From Dicyema japonicum (taxonomy: Eukaryota > Animalia > Dicyemida), in NCBI GenBank assembly GCA_011109175.1, contig RDEW01000025.1:843574-907573 (forward strand): DNA of 64,000 bases, written 5' to 3'. The first letter of the stretch is position 1; every line of letters begins with the position of its first letter. Below the pieces are notes generated by a model. The model was not told where the DNA came from. It made no database searches and saw only the letters and a program-made list of their open reading frames with translations. Positions 24,271 to 38,350 of the stretch are shown here, one piece after another. Both the position numbers and the translations under genes were made by a program.

Positions 24271-26826
24271 GACTTTGTGTTAACAAATTAAATAATATCT
24301 TTTGTAATAATAAAAATAAATTCACATTCTAATCAAAAAAATAAAAAAATAAAATAAAAAAAATAAATCGAAATTTAAAAATCAAAGTTTAAAAATATCT
24401 TGGCCTTGTGACTTCATCACCTCTTCTCAATACTTGAACTATAGAACCACTCACCGCATGACTTCAGAACTCAAAGATCTTTTCAATGATAACCCCAACA
24501 AGCTGAGTTCCGTCTACCAGTATTTTCGACCAGAAAGCAAAATAAATTCTAATGTTCAATCTACAGTAAGGTTTCTAATGTGACGTTTGATTTAATTAGA
24601 TTGAATCAACCCTACGATTTAAGGATTTTGAAAAGATCCCACGTGCCAACGTTATGGGAAAATGAAAAAATTCCAAAAGACCATAGTATAAAACCATAGT
24701 AAAAACCGAACTAACTACTCACGTGATCCCTGCCCTCTACCAGACCTCAACTTGGCCTTATGCTCCTCCCTCGAGCCCACACAAGCCCATATCGGCCGTA
24801 TAACTTCTTTCTTGTAGCCGCACGGGCACCCATCTTAGGTTCTTAGACGAACTAACCAAGTGAAGGATCAGACAAACTAACCTAATTCCAAGAGAGGTAA
24901 CTGATAGTTGAGAACAACTCCAAGTTCACTGAGACTCAGAATTTCCAAAACCGATGTCTTTAATGACGTTGTCGGTGAATACTTCACTGCGGAACCGGAT
25001 CTTCTACCAGGACTCACACAGCTAAAAGAGAAGTGAACAAAATACCTTGGTCTCCTTTCTACGATTAGTGCATCCTGCATGTGCGGAGCTATAAGTAATT
25101 GGCTCTCATGGAAACTGCTGTTCGTATGTCTTCCAGAAAACGATGGGATGTTTAAAGAGATGAGACCCAATGAGAATTTTCATGAAATAAGGAGACCTCT
25201 CCCTATAACGACAGCAGTGGGAATTAAGGCACTTTTCTAGTCCGATTTGTTAATCCGATCGGAATGCCTATAAGATAAGTGAAGGTAGATTAGCAATATT
25301 CATTTTTAAAGCATATTTTCTTATGCACGTGCCTCATGGGTCCATTTATGTCTTGGACAAATGCGGAGAAGATCAGAAGTTCAATGACTCATCAAACACT
25401 CTGGAATCCCTGATTCGTCTAGACAATGGAGGGTGCAGTTATGATCTTGGGGGTTCTCCGTCCATCATGGGCTTGTGTGAATGCACTTTTAGGACTTCCT
25501 CTATGAGCGCCTGAGTTGGGGGTCAACAACTAATCAAATGTACCCAAGTCTCAAGGTCGCAGAAGTCGAGAGATCATTTACACACAAGTTCAGACTGAAC
25601 CAATGGAAAATGAATAAAAATCGAGTCCTTCAGTTGTGAGAACCCTCCCAAGTAACGATTCGGTGGACTGGGGGTGGACAAATGAACATTTTTGGACGTC
25701 CCTTAGTCAGAAAGATCCTACAAGGCTCATTCTATAGATGTAGTGGTACCTCTACAGTTAGACTGTGGACTTCCTCCATTACCGGGATTCCAACGGAAAG
25801 AGAAGGAATATAAAAAGCAACTGAAATCTTCGAATTAGGGAAAAGTTAGCTTAAATGCCTCTGAGCTCCAGAAAGGTCCCACTGAGTTCCTTCTATAGAT
25901 GTAGCCACTATGTCCACAAAAGTAGAGTTACTCTCGGATAGGCTAAGATTAACTCCCCCAGTTTAGCTAAAATGGGAAAGTGAGTTGAAATCCCGGATGA
26001 CCTGCACTCTATGACCAACGATCGAGGATCATGGAAACCTGGCATTAAAGTACCTCAGTTCTCGAGGAGGAGATTGAGACCGACTAGAGAGAAGCGATGA
26101 GGATCATTCATCAGTTAACAGAAGATTAGGCTGACTCAACGAATAGGAGTTGACTAAAAAACGTCCTATATTAGACTCTGAAGGAAAGGGAGATACATAA
26201 CTTTGAAGGGTACACGTTCTGACCACAAGTCCCAGGTATGGAGAGAACATTACCTGACTTAATGTCTAAAATGAAGAGAGATATCCTGTCCTTCATTGCA
26301 AAGTGGAACTGGTCGGGTGGTCGAACGGGTGACGTAACTCTGGTACACAAGGACATAGCTTGATTACACTTAATATCTCATCTCCCCAAGGTTGACATAG
26401 TCCCTTATCATCCTCCTTGATATACTGGAGAGACATTTGGTAGGAAGCAACGGCTGCACTAATTTCAAGGATAAAATCCCGTGGGTCCAATTTGGAGAAC
26501 TTTGGTATTCTAAAGTTATGTTAAAACACGTCCACCCTATCCATTAACCTCTTCCAAATGTTGCTACGCTCCTCAATACATCGTCGCTGATTTTAGCTGC
26601 CATTAACCGACTTCAGATTATTGCAAGTCGAATGGTATGGTTGCACGTGGACGAACACAATAGTGGCTTCTATCAGACATGAAGTAGTCTTCCACAGCGC
26701 TGTTGGCAGGAGTTCTTCCGTTACTATGTGCCATGAAGCTTAAGACTGCCTTGGGAGCAGGGCAGTTATATAATTTCTCGGAAAGTAAATTTATTAAAAA
26801 TCAAGTTTTATTAATAAAAGGTAAAA

Positions 26827-28241
26827 TTAGTGATTTTTGCATAGACTATCAAAATCACAATTATGTGTGGATTTCTTAATAATTTTGTGATATTCCACCA
26901 ATTCATCCCACTTGCAAACAACATGCTCACAAAATGGCATTTTCATAGCGAATTCATGCAACAACACGACAACACCAAACTCGACATAACTTCCATTCGT
27001 ATTTAAATTATTTTTTTCTACAATAAAAAATTTAATAAAAAATAAATTAAATAATAAATTTATTAAAAAATAAATGATATTACTTTTCATAAGAAGGAAT
27101 GCGATATTTCCACTGTAAGGGATAGCGGTTCGAGATAGGAACCGATTCTGAATAATTTCCTTAATATTGGAGTTTCTATAGTAACCATTGTCATCGTCAA
27201 AAAGGCCGAGAGTGACTGCAGAGGAAAGAGGCCTTCCGCGTGGCCGAATATAAACAGAGCCTTCTCGCGATTTTTCCCTTCAACGTGGGACTTTAGGAAG
27301 TCGTACATTTTCTCAAACAGATTGCATGCAGTGAGGTAGTTGACCTCAAAGCCTTTCCCGCTTTTCCAGAACCTCTGCAAATGTTAACCAGATCTCTTAC
27401 GCTCAGATCGTGGACTGCCTCCATTACCGCGATTTCATCGAAAAACGGAAAAAGATCACAAAATTGGGAGTTTCTGAAGTAAGTCATCTCAGAGAAGCAG
27501 TGGTCGTAGAGAAGGACCGCCTCCCCTTAGAATAACGCAAAAACTGCCAACTTAGGTTCACTGATCTGTTCAAGGATCGGTTGAGCCTTCCAAGTATGGG
27601 ATCGACCAATGAATCTCTTCCAAGAAGGTCAAAGATTTGTTTTATGACGGAAGATTTCTGCTGTTTCTTGTGTTTTTTGCATTTGTCGTAAAAACGAACA
27701 AGGTCTTCATCCACGTGGACTTGAGTTTTTGCCGTTGTGTTCAATCCCCCGGAAAACGCCTCATAACTTTCTACAGCACGTTGTTTTGGGGATGTAATGA
27801 CCTTGATTGGGTCCCCGTTGTCCGATTTGGTCAAAAAATCCTCAAAGGTAGAAGCGAACCATTTGCCTCTGCGGAATTCCGTAATTTTACCGATTTCCGT
27901 TAAATTAGCATTAAAAGACGTGTTCCAACGACTTCCGCAGTAATTTTCCGCGTCTCTGAGCACAACTTTATGATACAAGCAGAAACCGTTGATGGAATTT
28001 ATTTTCGAGCGCGTGGGACTCCGAGAACCGTGGCGAGAAAAAGAAGTCAAGGTGATGACGTCATAACGTGGGAATAAATCATTTGTAAATCGACGCATTT
28101 TGTGGCTGATTTTGTATGGACTTAAGGGGGAGTCCAGAAATGCTTGGGCCTCTTCATATTCTGTTCTAGACCCGAATAAGTTATTTGCCTCAGATTTTTG
28201 GAAAAAAAAACAACATGGAACAAATAAAATAGAAAATTCAT
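26827..28241 (-). CDS. MINPP1: multiple inositol polyphosphate phosphatase (histidine acid phosphatase)
   Basis: Signal peptide, LFGSRTEYE, RHGSRSP, FGHAE, LGLFDD..SRTAIPYSGNIAFLL. Needs two 1-nt corrections (about 28205 in an A9 run, and about 27210). Two 26-nt introns plus one AT-rich intron at about 27000-27085. Confidence 0.88.
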
Positions 28242-28659
28242 TGGCCTGTAAAATTGCACGAGAAATAAACTGTGAAAATAAATTTTATTAAATTTAATTC
28301 AAAATAATTTAATTTTAAAATTATTTTTGTTATTTCTAAAAAACTAAAATCAGGTAGAAAATAATTATTTTATTACATGTGATTTGTCTGTCCAATTTTG
28401 CAGTTTCATAAGTGCTTAACAGAATTCAAATTTCCAGGTTTCAATTTCCCTACTCCCCGTTTCGGCAAAAGTCGATAAAGCTTTAAGTTTTAATCGCTAT
28501 GATAATGACTGTTAATCAATGATCCTCTTGCTTTTTCAATCCTACGTGAATCCGACACTTCTTCGGAACTTGGCGTTTCCGATGGCCGTCACCATATTTA
28601 TTTACCTCCGGTTGCTTTGAGTGATAGAAACTGGTGACTAACAAGAAGGTTGAGCCCAG

Positions 28660-29010
28660 AAGTGGACGCTCCTAGTGATCAAAAGGTATAATTGGTTCTG
28701 TGCAGAACTTGGAGACAGGTGGACCCGGAGCATGATGGACATAGTGGAGAAGATGATTGTCCAATCCTGTACAGATATGAATGTAAAACCATGTGATGAT
28801 CACAACGTAAGCGTGCCATATGAACACGGATTTTCCGGGGTAGGGAAGATCGCTTCTGTCAATAACTGGTGGAATACCTCCATAAATTTGTAGATACCAA
28901 GGCTTCTGATAGTTTTTTGTCCGTCACCTCTAATTACCATGTGGCTTCAAAACATCTTCCATACTTCCCTCCTTATGTTCAATGTCAGGGGACTGTCCTA
29001 AGTTGGACTA
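28660..29010 (+). other. possible Tudor-domain-coding fragment
   Basis: WFCAELGDRWTRS and FVDTKAS..LPYFPPYVQC resemble Tudor/extended-Tudor motifs (CaA.f.d.WyRa; fvD.G..lP..a..C). The frames are not contiguous. Confidence 0.3.
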
Positions 29011-29284
29011 GGAAACCCCCGGACATGGAAGACTTTTTTATGTTTTACGCTCTTCGATTTGCAGCCAACCAAGGATCACTCTCCAATTGTCCTGGACGAA
29101 GAACTTGAAAAGATTGGAGGAATCTCAGAGAGGAGGATGACTTGGATAAACTACCAGAACTTCCAGAAAGACAGGACATTTTCTTCCCTTTCAGTTGATT
29201 CTGGAGACCTGGCATGGTAGTGGAAAACCACGTGCAACTTGAGAAACTAGCAACAAAGTCATCTTCTTCCACTGTCATATACAA

Positions 29285-29400
29285 GCTCACGTAGTCAATC
29301 CAGATTTTCTTCCTCTCTTAAGCGTCTCCCAGTCCCTTCGTGGACCATAAGGAGAGTTGTCCTCGATCATCCACGGAATCGGTGAGCGTCAGAGGCTAAT
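29285..29400 (-). mobile_element. RTE-clade LINE 3' fragment
   Basis: Nucleotide match to 7300-7420 (TAGTCA.TCCAGAT..CTCT.TTAAGCGTCT.CCAGTC and CGGAATCG..GAGCGTCAGAGGC.AAT). Confidence 0.55.
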
Positions 29401-30329
29401 TTAAGTTTAAAAAAATATACACTCAACCAAATGTAAAAATACTAAATGGGGAATGAATAATGTTCCACGTGGGTAGTACCTCAAATGTGAGTATGGAAAA
29501 TTTCAGTTTCGTCATAGACTTGAGGCACAACATGGACCACCGGAAGATGTAAGATTTCTGTTACCCATCGTTCTTACCGCTTCAAAAATAAAATAGTCCT
29601 TCCAAGCACACAGGTCTATCCAAATCCACAGTTGCAGTAACCCCCTCAGAATGATTCAATGAAGTAGGAGAGCAAATGATACTTTAGATGTCATCCAACC
29701 ACTGTGTGCCTCTGAAACAGATGAGTCCCATAACGCCTGGCTAATTGAACATAGGAAAAAAAGGTTGAAACAGGATAGCCTTTGACCAAGTAGCCAGGGG
29801 AGGGATTCGAATCCAAGACAACAACATGACATCAATATAATTAATCCATGACGTATTAAATGACCCAAAACCAATGAAACAGGTCACTTATCTCCTATTC
29901 TTCTCAAGAATATTCTCATAATCAATTCTAGAGTAGGTATCCTTCCATTCATTTAATTTCTGAGAGAGGACGTGGATATTTCTCTACAATTTTAGGTATG
30001 CAGTCTTCACGGTGATGTTCCCTACCTTATTTGGTATACAAGAGAGTTTTAAATTTGTGCTCCCAAAGGTAAGTAGCCCACAGTTCTAGATCTTCAATAA
30101 ATGTCATCAGAGCAACTCGTACAGCCACCATTAGATCTCTGATCAATATTAAATCTTTTAACCACGATGAGGTCTCGTGACAAATACTAGAATTTTGAAC
30201 AGACATAAGGTCTCTTAATCGATATTGGAGAATTCTGATCCCTTGATCAGTTACAAAAAATATTAGAAATAATTTAATAAGCCTCAAGTCTAAGACCTCC
30301 CAATATTAGTAAATTAATAAATTTCACCA

Positions 30330-32232
30330 TCATTTTATCGTAGTCTTACGCCTGTTGAAAATTCCCTTACTCAAGGTTTTGGTAGGAAAAATCTCACTAT
30401 TTTGCTTTTTAGGTTGATTTTGTCCCTTTTCTACTTCACCAGCATTATTTTGATCTTAAACTAAAATAAATGAAAATTCGACATTTTTAAAATATTCAGT
30501 TAATTTGATCGTTTTAATGTCGGTGCTGAAATCTTTAAGGGATAAAAAGCTTTTTTTTATTGTAATATTTTCACTTTTTATAAAATTTGTCAGATCCTTT
30601 TCTATGCAATAGAGATATTTTAATTTATATAAAATAAATAATATTTAAAATAAAAATATTCAAAAATAAAAATAAAAAACCTAAGATCTGTGCTGTTGTG
30701 GTGAAGAAAATTCTAAGTAACTCTTTTTCGTTAAAACACCGGCAATTCAGGCAATTGAAAAAAGCCATAAGGCTATTTTTCAAATACTCTTTCTAAAGGA
30801 AGTCATATAGAAAGATACGATCTTTGCTGAGAGCCGGGAGCCGGTCGAGTCGATATTCTTCAAACTTTTGGAGCTATCCAAGTCAATGATCAGGAGATCA
30901 GGTTGGTCGGTCAGGGACAGTTTCTGAAAGTTATGATATGGGCAACATTCAGCTCAGAAAGTGGAATTCCGACAATGTAAGGATTATGGAATCTAAATAC
31001 CAATAATATTAGTACTTTAGCGTATCGTATGAATCCGAGTATATTAGGGGTATCAGTCGACATTGCCTACAAATTGGAAGACTTTTAACCATTCAAAAGG
31101 GCTCATAAGCTCTAAGATTCCGTAAACGCATCGAGTCAGCTTAAAAATTGAGTCAGATGCTAATATGATCTTTTTCTCGAATAGCAAGCTAAAGTAACAC
31201 GATTACTACGCTTCATAAATGGCACAAAAGTTTTCGACAGTGAGGACCTCACTCATAATTTTGATAAATCCCTAAATTGTGTAAAAATGACAATTAATAA
31301 AAATATAATAGAAAACAACAAGAAATCATATATTTAAAAAAAATATTTTATTTTTTTATTTAAAAAAATGATAATTTAAAATTTACGAATATTATAAATA
31401 AAATATTTAAAATTTAGTTTACTGAACTTAACGTAATTTTAACACGAAAAATATTTTTTAATAAAATAACTAAAAAATAAAGTTCAGTTTGAAAGCTTTT
31501 TAAATCGATTTAAATTAAATTATTTTTTAAATTTAAAATATAATTAAATATTTAAAATATAAAAATAACTAAATAATTAACCAAACCTGATCATCGTAAA
31601 ACATCTTTGATTGGACAGATGAAAAATATTTTGAATTTTGGAAGGAAATCTAAAATATTTAGAAATAACACAACTTGAATTCCATTAGGCGAGATGTAAT
31701 CTTCAGGGAGGATATTATCCTCTTTCAGGGAGTTTAAGGAGGTCTCAGCCATGTCTTCCAGGTCTTGCAATTGATTATCGATTATTAAGTAGTTTAGAAC
31801 AGAAATAAAGTTGAAAAGCTGTTTGTGGCGAGGTAAAACGCTTTTTTTACAAAATTCTATCAAACCTGAGAACACATGTGACTATTTTTGTGTTTGGGCA
31901 TGCATGGCAGTGCCAAAACGTGAATGACCCAGTTTTGCTGGTTAACGTTACTGTGAAGCACGATTGATTTGAATAAATTCTAAATAATCTCTAAATCTAC
32001 CTTTTTCGAAAAATCTCGCAAAAAGTGACCAATTGGTCGAGATTCCGCTAAGAATTAATTTTAATGGTAACTGCATTGCTGTAGTTTTTTGGGTATTTTT
32101 TGAGAATTCTCACTTCTGTATAATTAGAAAAGGCAGTACCATTAGAGACTGAGATGAATGCAACCAGTTCAATGAGATTGCTTGAATTTTTGCTATTATT
32201 TAGACGATAAAATACAGTAACCGTAATTCCAT
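30330..32232 (-). CDS. DENN-domain protein (DENND1-like); 3' end approximate
   Basis: uDENN: RILKKYPKNY..LVTFC..FTVTLTSKTG..CVLSVLP. DENN core: LLFEKKIILAS..LTRCVYG..PFEWQ..PYIVGI..LLIIDLD. Micro-introns plus two long AT-rich introns. Confidence 0.75.
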
Positions 32233-32374
32233 CAGAAATTATAAAATAGGTTAATTAAATTTTATTATTTTATTTAAAAAATAATTTAATTTAAATAATT
32301 TAACTTTTAAATAAATCAATTTTAAAACAGATATTTTTTCGGATAAAAAATCTAATCAGTGATTTTTAGGAAGA

Positions 32375-32650
32375 TTATGTCCAATACGGACATTTCGCTA
32401 AAAGGAAGAATCGTAAAACGTTCTTTGGGTATGTTGTCCGCTCTAACTCCCTGGAAAGATCCATTATGCTGAGCAATATTACTGGGAAGAGAAGACCTGG
32501 TTGACCGAGGACTCAGTGGCTATCCACGGTGGAAGACGTCACGGGAATACCTTTATCAAGGCTACTCAAAATTGCGACGGATTGGGGAGAGTGGAGGAAA
32601 CTTGTTCATGAGATCTCCAAGGGTCGGACACGACTTAATTGGATAGCATA
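32375..32650 (+). mobile_element. RTE-BovB-like LINE 3' end
   Basis: RKTFFGYVVRSNSLERSIML..ITGKRRPG*PRTQWL..WRKLVHEISKGRTRLN. Confidence 0.75.
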
Positions 32651-32777
32651 ACACATTTCCAATGCTCTCAAACAACTCTCGTAAGCTATACTGTTCAACT
32701 TATGCAAGGGAATATCGGATTCGACAAAAGCCTTAGTGAGTTTATCGACCCATGTGTCGGCAGATGGGACGAGCAAA

Positions 32778-33190
32778 TTAGTTAGTTTTATAGTATTGAC
32801 TGTAAAATAGTAATAAAAATAATAAACCAGCTAATTTGACATGCTTCTTAGACGGTCGATGTGATTCAATAAAAAATTGTTTTTTTGTAGTTACAAATGT
32901 CCCACATAAATTACAAAAGAGATTTCCTTGTGAATTGATAGAAAATTCATTGGGATATTTTCTAACAACAGACTTATTTTTTTCAATTTCATTCTTGGTT
33001 GAACGCCGCATCACAGTGAATGATATTGACAGTATTCTATTTAAAACTCGAAAAAATAAAAATCATAAAATTTTTGACTTTATTGACCAAAAAATAATAT
33101 TTTATTGTTAAATAAAACAGATTATTATCTTTTATTGACCTAAAAAATTAAAATTTGACCTTTTTTTACATTACCCAAAATTTTGACTTT
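32778..33190 (-). mobile_element. CGGBP1-like zinc-finger transposon 5' fragment
   Basis: KYPNEFSINSQGNLFCNLCGTFV..KKQFFIESHRPSKKHVK (C2H2, BED-like). Adjacent repeated TTTATTGACC motifs at about 33079 and 33130. Confidence 0.6.
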
Positions 33191-33235
33191 TTTTACTTAA
33201 ATAATTTTATTAATGGAAATAATTAAAATAATTAA

Positions 33236-33960
33236 TTAACACGGCCATCCATCCAAAGTGAACCTCGCCGACATTATTGACGTTGCGTTACCTCTCACGA
33301 TTGAAACAGAGATCAACTGGAGAAGCCACCGGGTCTCACTTGCGTCGTGGCTTTTTAGTGTAGCTAAGCGTCCCAGTTTCTTTAGGAAGCGAAGCGATTT
33401 TCCACTTATTCCTCCAGTTATCTCGACCACAATCGGATAAAACGCGAATCGGTTCATGTATCTTCTCCTTTGCCCTCATCGTTTATTCGCGGCATACAGT
33501 GTATCTGCCGCGCTCCCGACAATGTTGGATGGGCAAAGTAGGTCGACAAAAATAGCACCCCAGATCAAAGGTTTCCCCTCTTCAAATGGGAAAATTGTGA
33601 TTCCGTCAGGACGTTATCCGTCTCTCTGTCCAGGCCAGCAGGTTCTAGTATAGCAGGGTATTCCGCAAACTCCGGAGCTCGCTTGACAATTCTGTTGATC
33701 GCCTTGTGTCTTGGGAATCGTCCTGTATTTCTTCGACAAGAGAGGGCATGGTGTCCATAACAATCGACGGTTGCGCCACACCGGCATTTGTAAGTCCGGC
33801 AAATCTCCAGTCCAAGTCTGGTGGAAATGCCGATGCGGACAGTATCGTCTTCAAAGTGGGCCCCGACACTACCGACGGGGAATCCAAATGCTACTCGATT
33901 CGCATCTTCTAGTGACTAGACATGCACGTCTGTGTTGGTTTGATTGGTTCAGAAGCCTCT
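33236..33960 (-). mobile_element. REL-endonuclease non-LTR retrotransposon (CRE/NeSL/R2-type) 3' portion
   Basis: CRCGATVDCYGHHALSC..GRFPRHKAINRIV, RPDGITIFPF..GKPLIW, FYPIVVEITGG..LLQLISVSIVRGNA (CCHC knuckle plus REL domain), frameshifted. Confidence 0.85.
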
Positions 33961-34316
33961 CATATTTATCCTCGCAGATTTGATTTTATAATTTTTGATT
34001 AAAAACTACATTTTTATAAGTTTTAAACAATTTTAAAAAACTTTATTACAAAAATCGCTTTACTAGTCACTAAAAATGACCTAGCTATAAGTTTTAAAAC
34101 GTCCAGGTCCTTTTGTCTTCGACTCTTTAATTCCTGAGTCATCTAGAGAATCGGATTTTTACACGCAAAGGAGATCTCCTTGAGCGCTAGTGGCTATTTG
34201 CACGGTCGATTGTTTCTTTAATGCAATAAAGGCAAAACATTTTAAGTAAATAATGAACTAAAAATAAAAATAATAAGATTCTAAATTAATAAATTTAAAT
34301 TTTTCTATGTTTTGTG

Positions 34317-35142
34317 ATGGGTCACGTGAAGCTACCGCAGAAGAAGTATTACCGTCAAAGAGCTCACTGTAATCCAATGTCAGACGATAATTTCGACGTG
34401 TTTTGTGTGTTTTTACCGCCGTAGCCCTGTACGGCCGTCACAGTGGAATTTCAAATGTCTTTTTAGTCAAGACGACGCCAATCTTGCTGATGAAGAGATC
34501 AGAATAGTTGATGTTGGCTGTGGATTCGGCGGACTTTTATGTATAAACTATTCTAACTCAACCTCAGTTCGACTCTCTCGCTTTTCCCCCAAAAGCTAAT
34601 AATTGGACTGGAGATTCGAAGGAAAGTCTCGGAATACGTGAAACAGAAGATTCTAAGCCTAAGAGAAGACGGCTTTGGTAACTTGGCTTGTCTGCGAACG
34701 AACGCTATGAAATACCTAACAAATTATTTTAAGAAGGGGCAGGTTGGGAGGGTCTTATTTGCAGCTGGAGAAGATCTTTATACTCTTTCCTGATCCCCAC
34801 TTCAAGAAGTCTAAGCACAAGTGGAGATTCGTCAACTCCAGCACAGTCGACGAGCTGGCCTTCGTCTTGGCGATTGGCGTAGTCCTAGTTGGATTTTGTT
34901 AGGGAATCGTCTATACTATTACAGACGTGGAGGAACTGCACGTGTGGATGGATTCCATCTTCTCGGCCCATAAATTGTTTAGGAAGCTCTCTGAAGAGGA
35001 ACTGGTTTGTTTGTTTGCCTATTTAAGGTCTCTGATAAGGCTTATCCCTTATTTTCGATTCAAGTGAAGAAGCCAAAAAGGTCACTTGAATAAAGGAAGA
35101 AAGTTCCCGGCTGTTTTTATGCGAGTTGATTTTTGTTGTTGA
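34317..35142 (+). CDS. METTL1: tRNA (guanine-N7)-methyltransferase catalytic subunit
   Basis: [71 protein letters not shown]. Five 22-27-nt introns. Three apparent -1 frameshifts (about 34593, 35050, 35088). Confidence 0.93.
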
Positions 35143-35930
35143 TTTTTTATTTTTTTATTTAATCGCTTGTCGTAGGAGGAAGGGGATAGAGAGGACTTGG
35201 CTTATGAGCGTATTTTTTTTACAAATGCGGGGGGAACTGTGTTTTTAATTCTGAGATATTAAGCTATTTTAGGTTATAGTAACTTCCACTACGATCAACC
35301 AGATAAGTAGATATCTATTATTTTAAATTCAAGTTTGTACTAACCGACTAGCCACGTGGTAGTTTGGGATCATTCTGCTTACTTCTAAGAATGGGTATAA
35401 GCATGCCAGTAAAGAAATATCTTTTCTAGTACGATCATAGAATTGGGCGCTACCTGAGACCGGAGGACCACAAGAGGAAACTCTTCAACTAGGCAACCAG
35501 TGGAGGAGATCAGCTCCAGCACCATTGTGAAACAATTGGGTTGAATTTCGATTACAATATGAATTTTAGAAAGCATGTAAAATGTTATCCTTTTAGCTAG
35601 TTTAGATTGAACTCAGGAAAGACACTTCCTTGAGTGCAAAAATCATTGAGTTGACGCAAAGATCCCAATACAGCCAGCTACTGGTGCGACGGATGGTTCA
35701 CGTCCAGTGACAACACCAATCCTTTATTGGCACCTAGTTGCCACAATGGCGAACTACTATAGAGGATTTTAATATGTCCACAGGAAACACTAAAAACAGA
35801 CGACTATTGGTGACATAAATTTTTATGAACTACATCTCAAAACTGAGTCGATGATAAATAAATAATTACTTTTAAATTATTAAAAATAATATTAAAATAT
35901 AAAATAAAATATTATTCATATTTACCTGTA

Positions 35931-36847
35931 ATGATAATTAACTACAAATTCCTTCTGGTTTTAGTACTATTTTGGATACTAATTCATCAGATTTTAACAA
36001 TCAAAGTGAGTCACTCGTAATATCTTAGGAAGTAATCAGAAAGGAAATAATAGGCGACAAATTCCTGTTAGTAAGCGCCTACTACAGTATTGGAAAATTC
36101 ATAAAACCCAATGGACCTCGAAGTCCTAATACATATTTTATCTGGATGTACGACTATGGGTATATTGAGAACCACCTCGTCTTCTTCTCGGACGATCAGA
36201 AAATCCTGAATCGTATGAGAAATATCAGAAAAAATCTCCCCACTACATTATTGCACGTGAATAGATCAGAACTGTTTGGCTTCCGGAGAATTGATGAAAT
36301 AAAACATATATTTACGCTTCCTGGCTTTGGCAAACATCCTCTTGAGACCGGCAATTTATGAATTCTCGGCTATTATGCACTCCAAACACGACATGATCAG
36401 ACGGACTATCAAACTCTTCTATGGTAATTTTTCATACATCGCCTGGGTTGATGTTGGTCTATTTCGCCAAGCAGTGCCTACTTTCATGTTCTCATTGAGA
36501 ACGTCAGAATATATGGACAAGACACGTGTGTTGATGAGTCAAGTTGCAAAGTTCTATGATTATCCGATAGAAAAGATAGTCAAAAAGCAAAGGCGTGGGT
36601 ATCCGGAGCTATTTTGGCAGGTCATATTGACCGGGTTTATGCTTTTTGTGACGCTTATGAGAAATTCTTCAACAGGATGATGTCCATGAATCTGATTGCA
36701 ACTGATGAGCAAGTAATCTACTCCATGTACTCAAGTGAGGGACTAAAAATTATGAAAAACGACGTAAAGTTAAGTTTATTTCAATGCCGTTATTATGGAC
36801 TTTATGTGCTATTCTCTAATGTGACTACGAATGCTTTTTGTCCGTAA
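35931..36847 (+). CDS. HtrL/YibB-family protein, copy A (frameshifts at about 36355 and 36586)
   Basis: Hydrophobic N-terminus, 23-nt intron 36006-36028, LVSAYY, NHLVFFSDD, IMHSK, AWVDVG, SGAILAG, TDEQVIYSMY. Paralogous to copies B and C. Confidence 0.8.
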
Positions 36848-36896
36848 ATGATTTGCTTGTGATAATTCATTTAGCACATTGCTCTCCAGTCTTTAG

Positions 36897-37320
36897 TTAG
36901 ATTATCTTATTATTATAGCCAACATGCGTAAAACCGTATAATTTCGCAGTATTCAAAACAATCCCCCGAACCAACCTCTTCAATTCGTCTAGATCGTCTC
37001 CACTTCTTTGACTCTTGTCCACAAGCTTTAGATCTCCATCAGGTGTTTCTGGAAGTGTAACACGCCGACGTCCAAGGAAACACGGTCCCTGTCTCATGAA
37101 GTAGTCCTCCATTGCTATGTTAGCTGGAGCACCCAAGTCCATTTGCAAGATATGTCCAAATAACCTCCAACGCATATCAATAATTTCAAGACTCAGTGGA
37201 CCCGTACAACATCTCTTATATAGTGATTCCTTGTTTATTGCAGCATTCGAAACAACTCGTTTGTTACCTAGATCCCCTAATCTGCTTAAAATTAAGATTA
37301 AAGAATTTTTATAGCTACCA
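36897..37320 (-). mobile_element. RTE-clade LINE 3' fragment
   Basis: RWRLFGHILQM..GRRRVTLP..DDLDELKRL. Confidence 0.8.
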
Positions 37321-37429
37321 GACTCTATTAAAATAAAATAAGGAAGTCAGCCGAGGATCATACAAAAGCTGAGTACGTGGATTTTCCCTTTTAGGATGGC
37401 GAGCGAGATTTATTCACATAGACAGCAGC

Positions 37430-37830
37430 GCTCAGGGGGATCTATTCTTGTAGAAATCCGATTCCCTAGACGACATAGGAAATCTTGCGTCGCAGGCGCA
37501 AGGGAATCAGACGATTCAACCTCGAGCGGAACAAAAAATCTTTTGATAGGATGGCGTACTTTGCCCGTATAGACTTCTCGGCCTTTTCAGTGGGAGAACG
37601 GGTTTTATAGGCACTCTGATGTAGGTTGCAAGGGGGGTATGTGAGTCCCAGACAAGAGATATCAGGCTTCAAAGGGAAGATGGTAATCCCATTTAGTTGC
37701 TTCCCATCACGTCTGCAAAGGCCGACCGATTCAAGCATAGAAAGGTGTCTGGCAGCGAGTAAAGCTCGCCTAACGACTTAGTTCAACGCCATGCGCCTGG
37801 GAGATCTGCCTGCACTGTTTCTGTAGGAGA
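37430..37830 (-). mobile_element. REL-endonuclease LINE fragment, related to 33236-33960
   Basis: LESVGLCRRDGKQLNGITIFP..EKAEKSIRAKY. Confidence 0.65.
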
Positions 37831-38079
37831 GTGGAGCAGGCCTAGACAGTCAACTTGGAATTATATTATTTTTCACTTTTCAAGCGTTGGTTACACTTCG
37901 TGCCGGTTATGAATCACCTTACAGAATGCCAACAAGATTTTCTTAAATCACCAACTCTAGAGTATCCTTGGACCTGAAGTCGGATCAGATCTGGAATTTG
38001 CAGATTTAAAAAAAAATCTTTTCCTTCATAATGAATGTTCTAACCCTAACCCAACCCTAATCCGAAATCCATACAATAG

Positions 38080-38350
38080 GTTGTGCTTTCCATAAAAATA
38101 TTCATTCCCGAATCAACAAGTTAATCAAAGAGTGTTCACACATTGTCATCAAAAGAAATGTTATTGAAGCTGTTGTAGAGGATTGATCAGGATGCAAGTT
38201 TTCCATTCTCTTAAAGTATAAATTAATATTACTTTAAACATCATGTGATTGCTTCTAGACCAGAATGACCGGACTTGATCCATGTCAAAAATTTGAGTCC
38301 TTAGAATGACGAGTACAAATGGATTTTAACTGTATTTGATATTCACAGTA
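38080..38350 (+). mobile_element. Ginger/KRBA2-like integrase fragment
   Basis: FHKNIHSRINK..C followed by DLIHV..NDEYKWILTVFDIHSKYA (H2C2 zinc region plus first catalytic Asp motif). Confidence 0.5.

Noticed and set aside
26200-26270. Protein-kinase catalytic-loop-like DIKSGNVL on the minus strand
   Set aside because: No convincing DFG, APE or Gly-loop motifs nearby. It may be a highly decayed pseudogene but cannot be supported.
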